Both the position numbers and the translations under genes were made by a program. A DNA stretch of 64,000 nucleotides from Eledone cirrhosa (Eukaryota): contig OZ024743.1 in the NCBI GenBank assembly GCA_964016885.1, positions 231,198,001-231,262,000 on the forward strand, read 5' to 3'. How positions within the stretch are numbered: the stretch's first letter is position 1; every line of letters starts with the position of its first letter. Positions 26,532 through 40,953 of the stretch are shown one piece after another. The notes beneath the pieces are model-generated. The model was given only the letters and a program-made list of their open reading frames with translations, made no database searches and had not been told where the DNA came from.

Positions 26532-28803
26532 ATGGCTGTTATAAGAGATGGATGTTTAAATGTGCGCGGCCTGGGGATGTCTTTGAAGCAAAGAAAACTC
26601 TTAAATTACCTCAGGTCGCACAGAATGGATGTGATAGTTATTTGCGAGACCGGGATCAGCAGCGAGCAACTAACTGGCCCCCATCTTCGACGACTTTGAG
26701 ATCTATGCATCTCTCTGTCAGCCGGGGGTGGGGGCAGGGAGGTCGTTCTGCTGCGAAAGCATCTGGGCCTCGCAACACGGAAGGTACACCTGGACACGGA
26801 GGGCCAAGTGGTGGTTCTAGACGTAGGAAGTATGGAATGTGGAGCCTTCAGGCTGGTGGCAGCGTATGCCCCATCTGGGACACCGCAACCGGACTTCTTC
26901 CAGCGCCTAGAGACGTTTCTGGGAACGTCTCGCTCCTTGCTTTTAGTGGGTGTAACACCCTCAAACGGTTAATCGGCCGATTTGATCTGGCCGATAAATA
27001 TCGACTAGATTTTCCGAATGTGCCACTATTGGACGTGGACTAATGCTAGCGGAAAATCTAGGTCGTATCTAGATAGGTTCCTAGTTAGAAATAAGGATAG
27101 GGACATATTAAGCTGTCCACGAATGTTCATGGTTGACTATTCGGATCACAAGTTGGTGACCGGAGTGGTCAACCTTTATAGAACCCATACACAAGGACCC
27201 GGTTACTGGAAGCTAAACTTGTCCTTACCGACAAACAAAGCTTAGAGTAAGCGGATTAGCACTCTAGTTAAGCAGCGGTTGACGGGGGCAATTGTCAACA
27301 GCAGGTGGTGGGGCTCTCTCAAGAGACAAATTAGAATAGAATCAATAGGTTATAATCAGGAATTAGCATCAGATAGGAATAGAACTGAAAGGGAATTGAT
27401 AGATAGAGTAGAAGAGGCGATTAGCTGAGGCACCGTGGCCGGCGTGCTGGCGTCAAGAACGGCCCTAGACCAGTTCTTTGAGGCGAAGCACGAGGGTTGT
27501 GTTGTCAGGAGTAAAATACGTGCTCTGGGTAACGAGGGAGCCTAAGCTGTTAGCTTGGCCACGAGTGACAGAGGATAAAAGTGGAAACAATTGAACGATT
27601 CGGTCTTTGAAGTACCAGGATGGACGAGTGATCCTTGAAACTGAGCGGATGTGCGCGGTCTTTAAACAGCGTTTTGCATGACTGTTCGGGAGGGGAGGCG
27701 GCCGGGTGAGACACTGAATTTCGGTTCATACCTCGACGGTCTGCCGCGGCTCTCGGACGGGAAGCGAAGTCCTGCGAAAGGCCGATTTCAGCCGCTGAGA
27801 TAGGGGAAGCGCTGAGCCAATGCGGCAAACGCAAATCCCTCGGTCTCGATGGTTTACCATACGAACTTTATGTAGCGACGCCGGACTTGTCCTCCAATCT
27901 TCTCGAGGCGGTCTACTGCAACTGGCAACAGAATGGGAGAATTCACAGTTCTGTGATCAAGGGCGTAGTCACGCTGGTGAGGAGGACGAGAACAAGGGGG
28001 ATGACATAGATAACGTCGGCCCTCTTGTGAGGCGAGCCTTTCCGAGACTCGTCTCACTAACCGAGCTGCAATCCAGGGTAAGGCAAAGACCAAGAAAAAT
28101 GGGCGACTGGCATATTGAATGTGCCCAGGCGCTCACAGCCGTCTGGCAAGCGGAGCCGGCAATCAGTGGAGACTCAACCTCAACATTATATAGAGGGCTG
28201 CTGCGCAGCAAGTGCGATGACGCTCTCGGATAGGCTCTGGGCATGGAGGAAGACGAGCTAGCCACTCTGTTCGGTAGGACGTATGGCCCAGGACCGATGG
28301 ACAACTTCCAAAATTCCCTTGCTTGGCAGTGCTACCGAGGAGCTCTACCCGTTTGGGACAAGTTCTACAGACACGGGCGCCCCGGTAGGGATCCCTCGAA
28401 GATGATCTGTCCGAGATGCGTGCGTGACGAGGAAACCGTCGCGCACACATTCGTACACTTCCCGGGCATTGCTGACCTGTGGGGCTATTATTCAACGACC
28501 ACTGTCGCAGGTGGGACCAATCCGGTTGACCACCGAGTACATTGTCACGATCAAACCGCTTGCCCCCTTCAAAAACGAAGGAGAGGCGGTTTTCCTCTGT
28601 GTGATAGCTATGGCGAAAGAGGTTGTATGGTGAACGCGCTTGAAAGGGCTGAGGTCAGACACTTTTCTCTCCGGCTAACAACTGTTCCTTTTTTTTCAAG
28701 TACCATTTTAGAAGAAGGATCAGAATGCAAGTTTTATGAAAGGTGGGTGAAAGTGGCGAGAATGGCCCGAGTCAATGGGTCTTCTCTCTATATCAGCCTG
28801 TAG
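26532..28803 (+). pseudogene. LINE ORF2 (APE endonuclease, linker, C-terminal Cys/His domain; RT core absent)
   Basis: CLNVRGL, ICET, AAYAP, WTW..SRSYLDRF, SDHK, GYWKLN, GLDGLPYELY and CPRC..ETVAH are present. No QG..SP or ADD motif was seen. Confidence 0.85.
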
Positions 28804-29038
28804 GTGAGAGAGAAGAAAGAGAAGAGGAAGGGAGCACCCGTTTTTGTGCTTCCGAGGAGGAGGGTTGCACATTTTTTTGGACGGGGGTGCAACCCACGTC
28901 AACGGCCCCTCCCTATTGAGGACTTCGATTGTAGAATTTGATTTGTTATATGTTTTTACACGTCCTCTGAAATGTCTGTAACCCCCCGCTTATATTTGTC
29001 CCATTCTTTGAAGCCCTGGTGGCAAATAAATAGAACGT

Positions 29039-29080
29039 TATCTATCTATCTATCTATCTATCGATCTCTCTATCTATCTC
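29039..29080. repeat. (TATC)n between the two LINEs
   Basis: Directly visible. Confidence 0.9.
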
Positions 29081-32000
29081 TGGGATGGACACACCCGTGG
29101 AACTTGCTGGGTAATTTCTGCCAAAATTTCTATAGAAATTCCTAACTGTGAACCTTCATTTTTATACCAATTTGTCGAGGGACGACTGCCAGGTCAAATT
29201 TTGATCTGGTCAGTCTCTCAAAATATTCTACGCCTTTAGGCGAAATAGTACATAAAAAGCTTTTTGGGGAAGAGCTAACATTTAAAAAAAATGTCTGAAG
29301 CTTCTTCACCAACATTTGAAGGAGGAAAGGGGAAGATATACTTACAGCTTCCGCCTGCCACTGTCATAGTAGCAGATATCAAAGTAGCAGATATCAAAGA
29401 GAAAGGTCAGTCACAGGAAGGATTGTCTCCACCTGCTGACCGGCAACGTGACGTTGTCATGGCAACAAAACAAAACAATACAACCAGCGGTACCAGAAAC
29501 AAGAATAACAACAATGCTATGAACGAAAACACAACTTCACAAATGAATTCCGCAACCACAAATCAAGCAATTGAGAACTACAAAAACAACAACAATAACA
29601 ACAACAACAATGACAACAACAACAACAGCAACAATGATGACAACAACACCAACAGCAGCAACAACAATGACAACAACACCAACTAGAACAACTCCACAGA
29701 CAAGGACAAAAAGGTTTCGTTTGCACAAACTGTCCAAAAGCAGAACTATATACACAGATTGACATCTCTAATGCCGGAGAATTGCTAAGAGATGCCAAGC
29801 AATATATAACTTTTGGGGAGAATAGCGCTTTTAGCATCACTTCTCCCCAAGATTTTCGTAGAGACACTGTCCAGAAAACCATAGTTTTTAGGACAATCTC
29901 AAATACCACCAGAAAACCAGCTCAATTAACTCAAAATGAAATTAAGCTGGTTCTAAGAAACTCCATGAAGGACATTACCTTCATACAGAAGGGAAAACTC
30001 TTCGGGTGTTTATCAATAATAATGAAATACCAATTGACGGCACAGAAATATTCTGGGTCGCCAATTGTGTCCCCCCTCTACACCTTTTTCCCTACATACA
30101 TGGGAAAAACGACCCAAAAAATAAAAGTAACAAATATCACACGAAATGTAAACATCTGGTGGATATTAGCTGGTTTCATCAATTTTGATGACAGTAATTT
30201 CGGTAGGAAAGTACTCCAGGGCATATTAAACGGTTTAAGATTAGAAGTTCTGGTCCAAATGAGACCAGAACGGATAGCTACAATACCAAAAGGTGTGCCT
30301 CTGGATGGAAATCCTACTTAAACATTTCTGTTGAGGGTAGGCGGCCTTCATGTTACCACTGTTTAAGCAGTGGTCACCTGAGGGCTTCCTGTCCTCAATT
30401 AACTGCATTAATAAAAGGCACTACTGCCGACACCCAACACAACAATACAACCACCACCACCACCACCACCACAACAACAACAACAACAACAACACACAAA
30501 AACAAACCAAACTGCAAACACAGAACACAGTCCCACCCAAGCCCTCCCCACCTAAAACAACTACAGAAACACCCACACACATAACAGCTCCTCAAAATGT
30601 ACCCCTCCCTAACAACACGGATGAGGCCTCATCATCGTCACCCAGTGACGGTGATGGAGAGCCTTTCTGACCAGTAAAAAGAAAAAAGAAAAGACATAAC
30701 TAAAAAAAATGCAACAAACCTACGAACACCAATACAAGCGACGCAAACAGCACAAACAAAAGCACCCCCTCCTGAAAAAAAAACACCTACTACAAAACGT
30801 AAACACACACAAGAACCACAGAAAAAAAGCAACACAACACAACAAAAATGTTACACCTACATAAATACTAACAATAAAACTTTAACAGACACCATATATA
30901 AAAACCCTTCGGTGGAGACCGAAGGAAAATCTGTTATACACTCTTCGGAGAATCCTAATCTTAAAATAATTAGGATCTCCATGGACACACATAAACAGTT
31001 AAAAGAAAAATTTCCTAACGACATACGTAACCCAATCGAACCCTATAACCGCGTCTTTTGAAATGTTTCCCTACCCCCACCCCAGACACTCCCACCCCAG
31101 ATACTCCCACCCCATCTGACAACCCACTCCTCACCAACATCTCCGTCCCCACCCCGCCAGAGACCACCACCCCACCAAACAACCCCTCCAACACCCCCTT
31201 GGAAATTGTGCAGCCTGATCCTCAGGAGACGAATAGGTGAGTGATTTCTTTTACCCTTCTTTTAACTTTTCAGCACCAACATGGCCAATATAAGAGTTTG
31301 ACGTGTGAATGTACGCGGCCTGGGGTTGCCCTGGAAACAGGGCAAACTCTTAAACGACCTCAGGTCGCACAGTATGGATGTAGTAGCCATTTGCGAGTCC
31401 ATGATCCACAGCGAGCGACAGCTGGCCCCCACCTTCGACGACTTTGACATCTACGCATCTGACTGTCAGCCGGGAGGTGGGTGGGTTGCCGTTTGCTGCG
31501 GAAACACCTGGTCCTCGTAACACAGACGGTACATCTGGACCCGGAGCGTCGACTGGTGGTCCTAGACGTTGACGGTAGTGAAGGGGGAGCCTTCAGGCTG
31601 GTGGCCACATATGCCCCATCCGGGACACCGAGGCCAGACTTCTTCAAATGTCTAGAGATTTTCTGGGAACGTCCCGCTCCCTGCTGTTAGTGGGGGACTG
31701 GATTGGAATCCTAGATGCACGTTGGGACTCTGTGGGAGCATGTCCCGATAGAGGGGGTGTAACATCCTCAAACAGTTAACCGGCCGATTTGATCTGGCCG
31801 ATAGATATCGACTAGATTTTCCGACTATGCCACTGTGGCCGTGGACTAATAACGGCGGAACATCTAGATCGTACCTAGATTCGGTTCTAGTTAGAAAGAA
31901 GGATAGGGACATGTTAAGCTGTCCACACATGTTCATGGTTGCCTATTAGGATCACAAATTAGGGATCTACTTAGTCAACCTTGACAAAACCCATAGACAG

Positions 32001-32627
32001 TGACCCGGCTACTGGAAGCTGAACTTGTCGTTACCGACATGCAAAGCCTACAGTAGACGGATTAGTACTTTAGTTAAGCAGCACTTGGCGGAGGCCATTG
32101 TCAACAACAGATGGTGATTCTCTCTCAAGTGGGCAGTTAGATTAAACTCGATAGGTTTTAGTAAAGAATTAGTGTTAGATAGAAATAAGACCGAAAAGGA
32201 ACTGGTAGATAAAGTAGAAGAGGGACTTAGGAGTGGCAACGTAGCCAGCGTGATAGGGACGAGAACGGCCTAGGACCAGTTCTTCGACGCAAAGCATGAA
32301 GGCTGCGTTGTCAGAAGCAAAATACGTGCTCTGGGAAACGAGGGACCGAAAGCTGTTTCCTGGACCCGAGTGACGGAGGCGAAAAGTGGCAACAAGTCCA
32401 CGATTCGGTCTTTGAATGACCAAGAAGGTGATACGTGTGCCGAAGCAAATGTGCGCGGCCTTTCAGTGGCAATTTGATCAACTGGGGCGCGCCGGGAGGG
32501 GCTATGGATATCAGTCCATACCTCGACGGTCTACCGCGACTCTCGGACAGCGAGGCGAAGTTCTGCGAAAGGCCGATTTCGGCCGCTGAGATAGGAGACG
32601 CGCTAAGCCAATGCGGCAAACGCAAAT
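29081..32627 (+). mobile_element. L1/Tx1-type LINE, copy 2 (related subfamily, 3'-truncated)
   Basis: ORF1 ~29291-31240 with a CYHCLSSGHLRASCP knuckle. ORF2 from ATG 31281 (NVRGL, ATYAP, SRSYLD, GYWKLN). Similarity to copy 1 stops at CGKRK (32627). Confidence 0.9.
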
Positions 32628-33176
32628 ATGCAGATCTTATATTTGTTTTTATTTATCTATCTTTATACCTGTCTATCTATCATGTCTATCTATCTATCTG
32701 TCTGTATGTATGTATGTGTGTATATATGTATAGATGTATTTGTGTATGTATGTATGTATGTATGTTTGTATGTATGTATTTGTGTATGTGTGTATGTGTG
32801 TATGTATCTATATATGGATGTATTTGTGTATGCCTGTACATATGTATGTATGTGTGTTTCTATGTATGTATGTATGTATCTATGTCTATATTTATCCATC
32901 TATATATCTCAGGTTTCACATTTGCCGACATATTTATGACAGGATTAAAACGATGCCATCATTTTCTGACAATATAACAAATAGTTTTTAATATATCTCT
33001 AAAAAACATTTCATGGAAATTGATTCATTGCTTAACTATATTTACGTAGCCTTTCTCTTTCTTACGTTCCTTTACCTGTTTATGTGACGCGACTACAGCG
33101 TCGACAGTGATGACGAAAACGGTAATGATGGCAATGACAGCGATGATGTTAAAAAGACAATGCTGTTGATTACAAC

Positions 33177-33222
33177 GACGATGATGATGATGATGATGTA
33201 TAATGATGTTAATGATTAACGT

Positions 33223-33268
<46 letters not shown>

Positions 33269-33306
33269 GTTGCTGCTGCTGCTGCTGCTAGTGCTGCTGC
33301 CGCTAC

Positions 33307-33342
<36 letters not shown>

Positions 33343-33345
33343 TAT
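33177..33345. repeat. (GAT)n/(CTA)n/(CTG)n trinucleotide repeats
   Basis: Directly visible. Confidence 0.9.
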
Positions 33346-33346
33346 T

Positions 33347-33649
33347 GGTTAACTTTACCATTCATCCTTACGGGGTCGATAAAATAAAATACCAGTCACG
33401 CACTGGGGTCGATTTAATCGACTTTCCCCTCCCCCAAAATTGCTGGCATTGTGCCTATATAAGAAACCATTATATTGGCAGTATCGGTGGAGGGTCGGAC
33501 GCCATGCTTTCCAGCATAGTTACGTCCCTTTACGATCTGAGTTCAAATCCCGCCGAGGTTGACTTTGCCTTTCATCCTTACGGGGTCGATAAAATAAAGT
33601 ACCAGTAATGCACTGGTTAATTGCTGGCCTTGTGCCTAAAGTAGAAACA
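33347..33649 (+). mobile_element. Two adjacent SINE copies: truncated long-tail variant followed by short-tail variant
   Basis: 33347-33468 matches the 3' half of the 17543 copy. 33473-33649 matches the 2078 copy. Confidence 0.9.
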
Positions 33650-36138
33650 ATTATTATTAATACATTTTAATTGTTTTGAGCTAGTTACAGTTATTGTTGA
33701 ACGTTGTGATCATTTATGTTATTTTCTTTCCGTTGTTTTATTCTAACAAATTTTTTGTTTGATTTTGTTCTTTTCATGCAATTATATATCGTTTCATTTT
33801 CACACATACTCTCTTGGCAGTTTTCGACACTTCACCTCGTTTTGTTGCAGTGTGTGTTTAAAGGTTTATTTTTTATTCTTGAATTGAATTATCAACAGAA
33901 ACAATTAAGCTATCTAAACGCCGCAAACCACATAACAAACCGTCATTTGCACTATGTTTTTATTTTATAATGAAATTTATATGGACATTAACACCATCAC
34001 GACCATGTCCTATAGGAACACCAACACTATCACCAACAAGAAGGATGACATATAGATAAGTTAATAATTCTTCCAATCTCACACAACTATCCTAATATAT
34101 GACGCCTAAAAGACAAGGTTGTTAGATGTACACTAATACAGAATATACGATGAAGGAAATAGTAATGAGTGAAACGCCTATGCTCATGGGTCAGTAGGAC
34201 GGTGGGGCTGATATTGTGTTAATTCCGTGTACATCCACTAGAAACAACAATAACTACAACGGCAGCAAGAACCTCACCTATACTAATGCACACAAAAGCA
34301 GTAAAAATAATTAATAACATTTGAATAAATAACAAAATTGGAATATATTTGTTGTTGATGCTGTTGGTTTTTCTTTTCTTTATTAATGGTATATTTCTAC
34401 TGAACAAACACATTTTTCTTCCATATGCTGATTTATACTATGGACACATTGACGTTAATTGCCAACAATTTGTTCAAAAATATTAGGAAAAATTATTTTT
34501 TTGTCGGTTTGTTTTTATGTTTTGTTTTTCTGCAATAGTCCCATTAAAACAACAGCCGCAGCAAATATTGCTGTAGTTAATGTTATACTGAAACTTAAAC
34601 AGGTAAAGTCAAAGCATATTAGGGTTAGTTTCCGACGGTTAATAAAAACCAAAACAATGAATAAAATTATTTTAACAAGAGTAATGAAGCTAAGAAAGTG
34701 AAGTATTTTAATTTTCAATTCATGAAATTTAAGAATAGATTTTATGTGAGAGTATCCTGAGCTGCAAGAATGGTTGGAAATATTTATCTTTCGCTGAAGG
34801 TCCTTCCTGTTAAAAAATAAAAATAATATCAGTATGGAAATAATTCATACAGCTTTCCTTGCGTTAGTTGCTAAGATATGTTGAACGAAAGAATGGACTT
34901 TTAACCGGTAAAACGTTTATGTTGACATACCAGTGACATTTACCTCATATTGAAGGAAAAACCCAACTAGTCATATTTTGGAAGCTATTGCCCATATAAC
35001 TCCTTCATTGAATAGGTCAGAAATTAACTTTCAACCGAAAACCTCTTGCAACAATCCAAATTCATATAAAATGTCTGTACTTAACAGAGTATGAATATGA
35101 ATGAACTTTAAAGAATACGCTTGAGTGTTCCCGTTCAACCTACCAAAACTATTATTCGAAAATGAAAGATCGTTTGCCTAATTTTACCCAAATTAATTTT
35201 AAAGTGCTGTTCACAGGTAATACTATTGAAATTGATTATCTACAGAGAACATTGGTTACACACGAAACATCTGCATCTATGACATTTTTTATTACGGATA
35301 TTTCAAGCTGTCTATGAAATTATTTTTGAAATGTATTCGTGGCACTCTCTTAAATGCGACATATTATCCTAATTACCTATGTCGCAAAACTCATGCTAGT
35401 AAATTCACGAAATTTCTTTTCAGGGAAAAAAGTGAAAATCGCATTGTTAATTCTAGGAGAGGTCGGCAAACAAATCTGACATATAAACAAAAAGGTTATA
35501 GGGTAGACCAACTTACTTCTATGTGTATTTCAGATGCCGTTACCGGACGTTTCAAATCAAAGTAGAAGGCTCGCATACGAATTTTCTAGTTTTCACATCA
35601 CGTTTTACTATCATAACCAATCAGATCGCTTTCGTTTTCTCATTACTACGTGCAAAGTAATTCACTAAGCTGTTGCGCTGATATATTGCATTCTGTATAT
35701 GTGCTAGGTTAGTACTGGTAATCAGGCTGCAGAGTTGCGACAACAGACCCAAATATTAATTAATTAACAAAACGTTAATTTAGCAATTCACAATTGACTA
35801 AAATGGCTCTTCAATAATGGAATTGTTGTTCATTGGTGTTACAAAATAAGTTTCTTACTAATATTTATGAATCTGTCTTACTTTTGGATCCAATTCAGTT
35901 ATGGCCTCACTGATGAATGAAATGGATGTATAGTTGTACACAAGCAAACCACCTGACAGGACAAGACGCCACAATACAAATCCAGGAGATTGTTCTCGTT
36001 AAATACATATTTAACTGATATATGTAAACACCCAACCGATAAATACCAAAATATTTGACGTTATCCCGTAGAATCGATGAGGTTGTGGATTGGATGAAAG
36101 AGCGGATAAAGGGCATCTCACTTGCCATTATTATAACA

Positions 36139-36279
36139 GCAGCATAGAGTTACGGCCCTTGCCATTCTGACTTCAAATCCCGCCGAGGTTAACTTTGCCT
36201 TTCATCCTTACGGGGTCGATAAAATAAAGTACCAGTAATGCACTGGGTATTTGCTGGCCTTGTGCCAAAAGTAGAAACA
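36139..36279 (+). mobile_element. 5'-truncated SINE with TSD
   Basis: attattataac(a/g)gcagcat on both sides. The 5' junction overlaps the SINE's own gcagcat (microhomology). Confidence 0.88.
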
Positions 36280-36432
36280 ATTATTATAACGGCAGCATTT
36301 CCATTCAATTTTAATAAAAATAGTGAAATAAAAATTGTCTGATAAATATTTCACGAACCCACACTGACTAAACTTTTATTACAAAATGAAAGGGAACATT
36401 ACTATTCATATGTATATATATATATATATATA

Positions 36433-36980
36433 GTAATAATAATAAATTTGAAGACTAAAATCCAAAGAGGGCTCGATAAGGATAAATATATATCAAATAT
36501 ATAAGAACCGTAGAGCAAATATTTATTAAAATAACAGATTAAAGTTTAAGCAAAGAATCGCTACTTTCACCCTTAACGGGATCTTCTGAAACTAACAAAG
36601 TCAAACTGTAAACGCAGAAGTGGATATTTCAAAACGTTGCAACCAGAGGAAGACAGGCAGACGATACTTTGGTTCGTGGAAAAGTTCCCTGGCAAAGAAC
36701 GAGAAAAAACGAATATAATACGTCATTAATAGGAGCGGTGAAAAACAATTACACGCAAAGACAGAACTACGTTTATGGTATAAAAGAAGTCGTATACTAA
36801 TGTTCTCTTAGGTGGCTCATAGAGACGTTCTCTGGCAATGAACGGAAAAAACTAAGATAATACGTCATATGTGGACCGTGGAGAACAATTACACGCAAAG
36901 ACAAAACCAAGTAAATCGTATAACTGAAGTCGTAGACTAACATTCTAACTAGGAAACCGAATGAATCTCCGCTTCAGAGT
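36433..36980 (-). mobile_element. Non-coding relative of the 3' pLTR of the Penelope element at 60325
   Basis: 36527-36683 is the reverse complement of ~61623-61791. It extends ~95 nt further to a TA run, and upstream has a diverged ~135-bp tandem duplication. Confidence 0.75.
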
Positions 36981-39229
36981 TAAGAATAAAGTAAATAAAA
37001 TACAATATAGAGGTAATAGAAATTAAATAAATACATACACGCATGCACATACGTACATACACAATCATACGCGAAAACACTTGCCATAGGCATACAAAAC
37101 ACGCACATATAAATATGTGTGTGCGTGTGTGCGTGTATACAAATAAATAAATAATTAAATAAACATATATTTGACAAATTTCGTAGTACTATTATGATGT
37201 TTTGTTTGGATATTTCTTGATTAATAGTGGGATTGGTGTCGCTTTTCTGTTATTGGAAAGTAGCATGCGCGTTTTGAAGCTTTCCCTGACGGTTATGTTT
37301 TCCATTCATGTCTCAATTGAAGATCTCACAAATGGCATTTGTCAAATATAAAACGAGGATAATTCCTCAATCACGTGTAATAAAACTTCGTTTCTACTTC
37401 TGAAAATATGAAGATAACCCGAATAAAACAGTTTCGAAACTCTTAATGGAAACACTTCCAAAAATATAACCACATAAATATGAGAGGGTGGTACTGTTAG
37501 GTATTACTACATAGAGATGAAATTAAGTTTATGAAAACTCACCCCCAAGTTCAGCTGTAGATAATGTGACCAGTCTATTACCAAATAGGGATATATATTC
37601 TAACACGATAAACTAGAAATCGCATTACATTACGAACATGTATGTTGCTATCCCTCACATTTGTATTTCTCCTGATAAATAAGACGACATGGACATAATT
37701 TGTTCCATGGGCTTACCCTTGGACGATTCTGCATGCCACAATCTTAGCTAGATCTACATTTAGTTGCGTAATGCTAGAATATATTAATAAACTGAAAGCA
37801 ATGGGAATCTGTATCCTCTACATCATCATTAAAAGGAGATTGACTAAGGATTAAAGATAAAAATGTGCATACATCATTATTGGTAAATCTGATAGGATGT
37901 TTGTAGATATTCTCTCAAATTAGGTTAATAGCACAGAGCTTCACATTATAGATATGAGCAAGATGACCTTTTCTCGGTTTTGGAAGGAATGCAAAAGTCC
38001 TTTACAACTAAACGACCCTCTTTCACGATTTGCATGAAACACATACCCAAAGTCCTTCTCAAATCGCTCCTACAAGAGAAGTTAAAATAGTTCTTTTTAA
38101 CTACATTTAAAAGTAATAATGTTAAAAATTTAGATACATTGAGATGGGAAACGGATATTGAATATGAAATGAAAGACCATGAAGAAATGAAAGACCATGA
38201 ATCCACACTCCAAACAGTAACAATATCGTATACCCACACGCACAATATAGTGTACCCACAAGTTCAACAAAAGAGATAATCGCTCCCGCATTAAAAAACA
38301 ACATACTAAAACATATAAGGTAAAATACTTAAATTTTAGGAAAGGAAACAAACAAACGAATTCAAAATATACGAACGAAAAACAATCTCTAGTGATAGTA
38401 ACTTATTTTTAAAATATGCAGCTGAACATTAGTGTCTGCCATCATGATGCCATGACGAAATGTGTATGTGGCCATGTCACAATAACCAGTTGTACCTCTG
38501 ATCATGTCGCAGTAGCGTTTTGAGCCAATGCCCATGTACTAATAGATAATAAGTAAGCAATGAATATATAGATTTTAATGATTTTAATAGATATAATCGA
38601 TTCAAATCAGGCTTTGATGATGTAATTATTTTAGTTTCAAGGCGTGGGCTCCAATCAAGTGTATTGCTATGCATACATATATACATCCATAAATACATCC
38701 TCTAATAAAAACACATATACACACATACAGATATATGTATATAGTTTTTCATTAATGCTACGATAATGTAAGTTGATCTATCATCGACATTATTTCTAAC
38801 TTATTTCCTATAATGTTTGGACTATCACATGACACCTGAGTATGTGTCGCTAGCGAACTAACCAGGCTGGTTTGAGATGTTTTGGCAGTTATTTAATCAT
38901 ACGCTTCCTGTTGACAATACGATGGAAAACAATCATTTATTGGTGTTTGTTTCTTCCAAACAATTTAGTTATTGATTTTGATGGAAAAGAACAAAAACTG
39001 TGATCTAATATATGATGATAATATTAATAATAATGATTTATAAAATAGAATGAAGTAAGAACATCAGTTTCGAGGAGACAGGTGAATAAATCGAGCCAAT
39101 ATATGGCGGGGACTTTTCCTATCGAACCCTAATACTTGACACGTATATTGGATATCAAGTAAAAGAAAATAATAACGTCAATTTCTCTTTTTTGACCTCA
39201 GTTACCCATGACTTAGGTGACAATGCAAA

Positions 39230-40130
39230 GTTGAACTATCAATGAAAACAAGTAGCAATTGTAGATTTACATCGAGTAAAAGGTCGAGATCAACAATGAA
39301 AATGGAACAGATTAAGAAATAAGTAGCAACAAGTGGACAGATATATTGCACACGGCAGTGAGATTTTCGAGCTGAATGGAGTGAGTGGCCGAATTCATCG
39401 CATCAACTACTTCACGCTCACCGATCACTAAATCGAATATCGAAAACAGTAACTTCATATCTAGCCTCACATTCATGAGCCACCTGAAAAGTGTAAAGCT
39501 GTTCTAAAATCTTACAATTGCCTCCACCAAACAACTTCGTTCTCTACAATCATCTCAAAAAGTATCTTACTTGCGTTTTCTTATCTAAATATATGTGGAA
39601 AATCGATCTTCACGATAGCCTCACCTACTAATAAACAGATCTGTCTTGCATGTTTTTAGAAGTTCTCGGCATAAACCCACAAATAACCAAATGAACCGTC
39701 ACAGAACAAGTACGTGCTGGACGGTTTTCTCGAAGAAATAATTTAAGGCCAACTTTTTATGGTAACTCTATAGCATTTGATTGAATTATTAGACAGTAAA
39801 TTTAACTCTAGCAAACATTTACCATTTCATCAATACTATTGAAAATGTGTCTGATACACCGTGAGAAATATAAACAACTATAGTGATTATACGGAAACTT
39901 GTCTGGAATAAAATTTCATCAGGTAGGATTTCAGATTCTTGGAAACGCCTGAATAATATGCATCAATATATTGTTAGTTTGACACACCACGTTACATTTA
40001 ATGATGTAACTGAAGATATGTTGGATAAACTGAATCACATGATGAAGAATATCTTATGAAGATATTGTGGATATATAAAAGCTGAAGACGTTAGATATGA
40101 GAGGAAGCGAACCCACCCTATTTTAACAAC
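39230..40130 (+). mobile_element. Possible highly decayed Tc1/mariner-type transposase remnant
   Basis: Only scattered motifs (KQVAIVDLHR, SGR..T..NIE), many stops, no TIR recognised. Confidence 0.2.
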
Positions 40131-40860
40131 AAAAGTTAGATTTGTCGGATCACTTCCAGATTTTAGCGAAATTGTTGTGCATTTTCAACGAAACCGATTC
40201 CCGAAGGATATGATGTTCAGAATCAAACAGATTTATGAAGAAGGCATTTCATTGCTAGAATAAATTGTAAATCAAATGCAAATAAAAGGACTGAAAATGC
40301 CAGTTAGACATTATTTTCTTTTTATTAACCATTCTTAAAAGTAGCGTATAAGACCCGAATATCTTAATGTCTAATATTAGATGTGTCTTCAGTGATTATT
40401 TACAAGTTTGGTATTTAGATGTATATCGTATCAACGGAAGTCTTGTTGATAGGTTTGACTGTATGGCAAAATTAGTTTGGTTTTAGCTTGTTTCACTTAA
40501 AATCAAATAAACATGATACACATGGCAAATTTTCAAACTTGTATGATATAAGAATATATTTTGAAACTCTGCCAGCTGAAACCAAAAGTAATTGTAAACT
40601 GAAACTATAACTTCAATATAATTTAAATCATTTCATTTATTTCACGTACAGAATCTTTTGCAACTATGTGTCTGTGAACATCAATGCAATATTACACTTT
40701 TAAAATACCCCTCCATCCCCCCCACATATATATATATATAGAGAGAGGGGGGTTAAGACGTTCACTCAAATATAGCTGTATACATACATGTATATAAAGT
40801 GTGTATATCGAATAATATAGGACATACGATATGTTTCCGAATAAACATTTGATTTGAAAG

Positions 40861-40937
<77 letters not shown>

Positions 40938-40953
40938 CATGTATATATATATA

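Larger units (their letters stand above)
24451..29038 (+). mobile_element. L1/Tx1-type LINE, copy 1 (5'UTR, ORF1, internally deleted ORF2, AATAAA)
   Basis: ORF1 has a CCHC knuckle. ORF2 has an APE start, KSLGLDGLPYELY and C-terminal CPRC..ETVAH. AATAAA at 29025. (TATC)n on both sides. Confidence 0.9.

Noticed and set aside
39181-39430. Cadherin-like words (DLGDNAKLNY, FELNGVSGRI) after a pyrimidine tract and CAG
   Set aside because: Three in-frame stops and wrong spacing between motifs, no DxD; chance or a decayed transposase is more likely.
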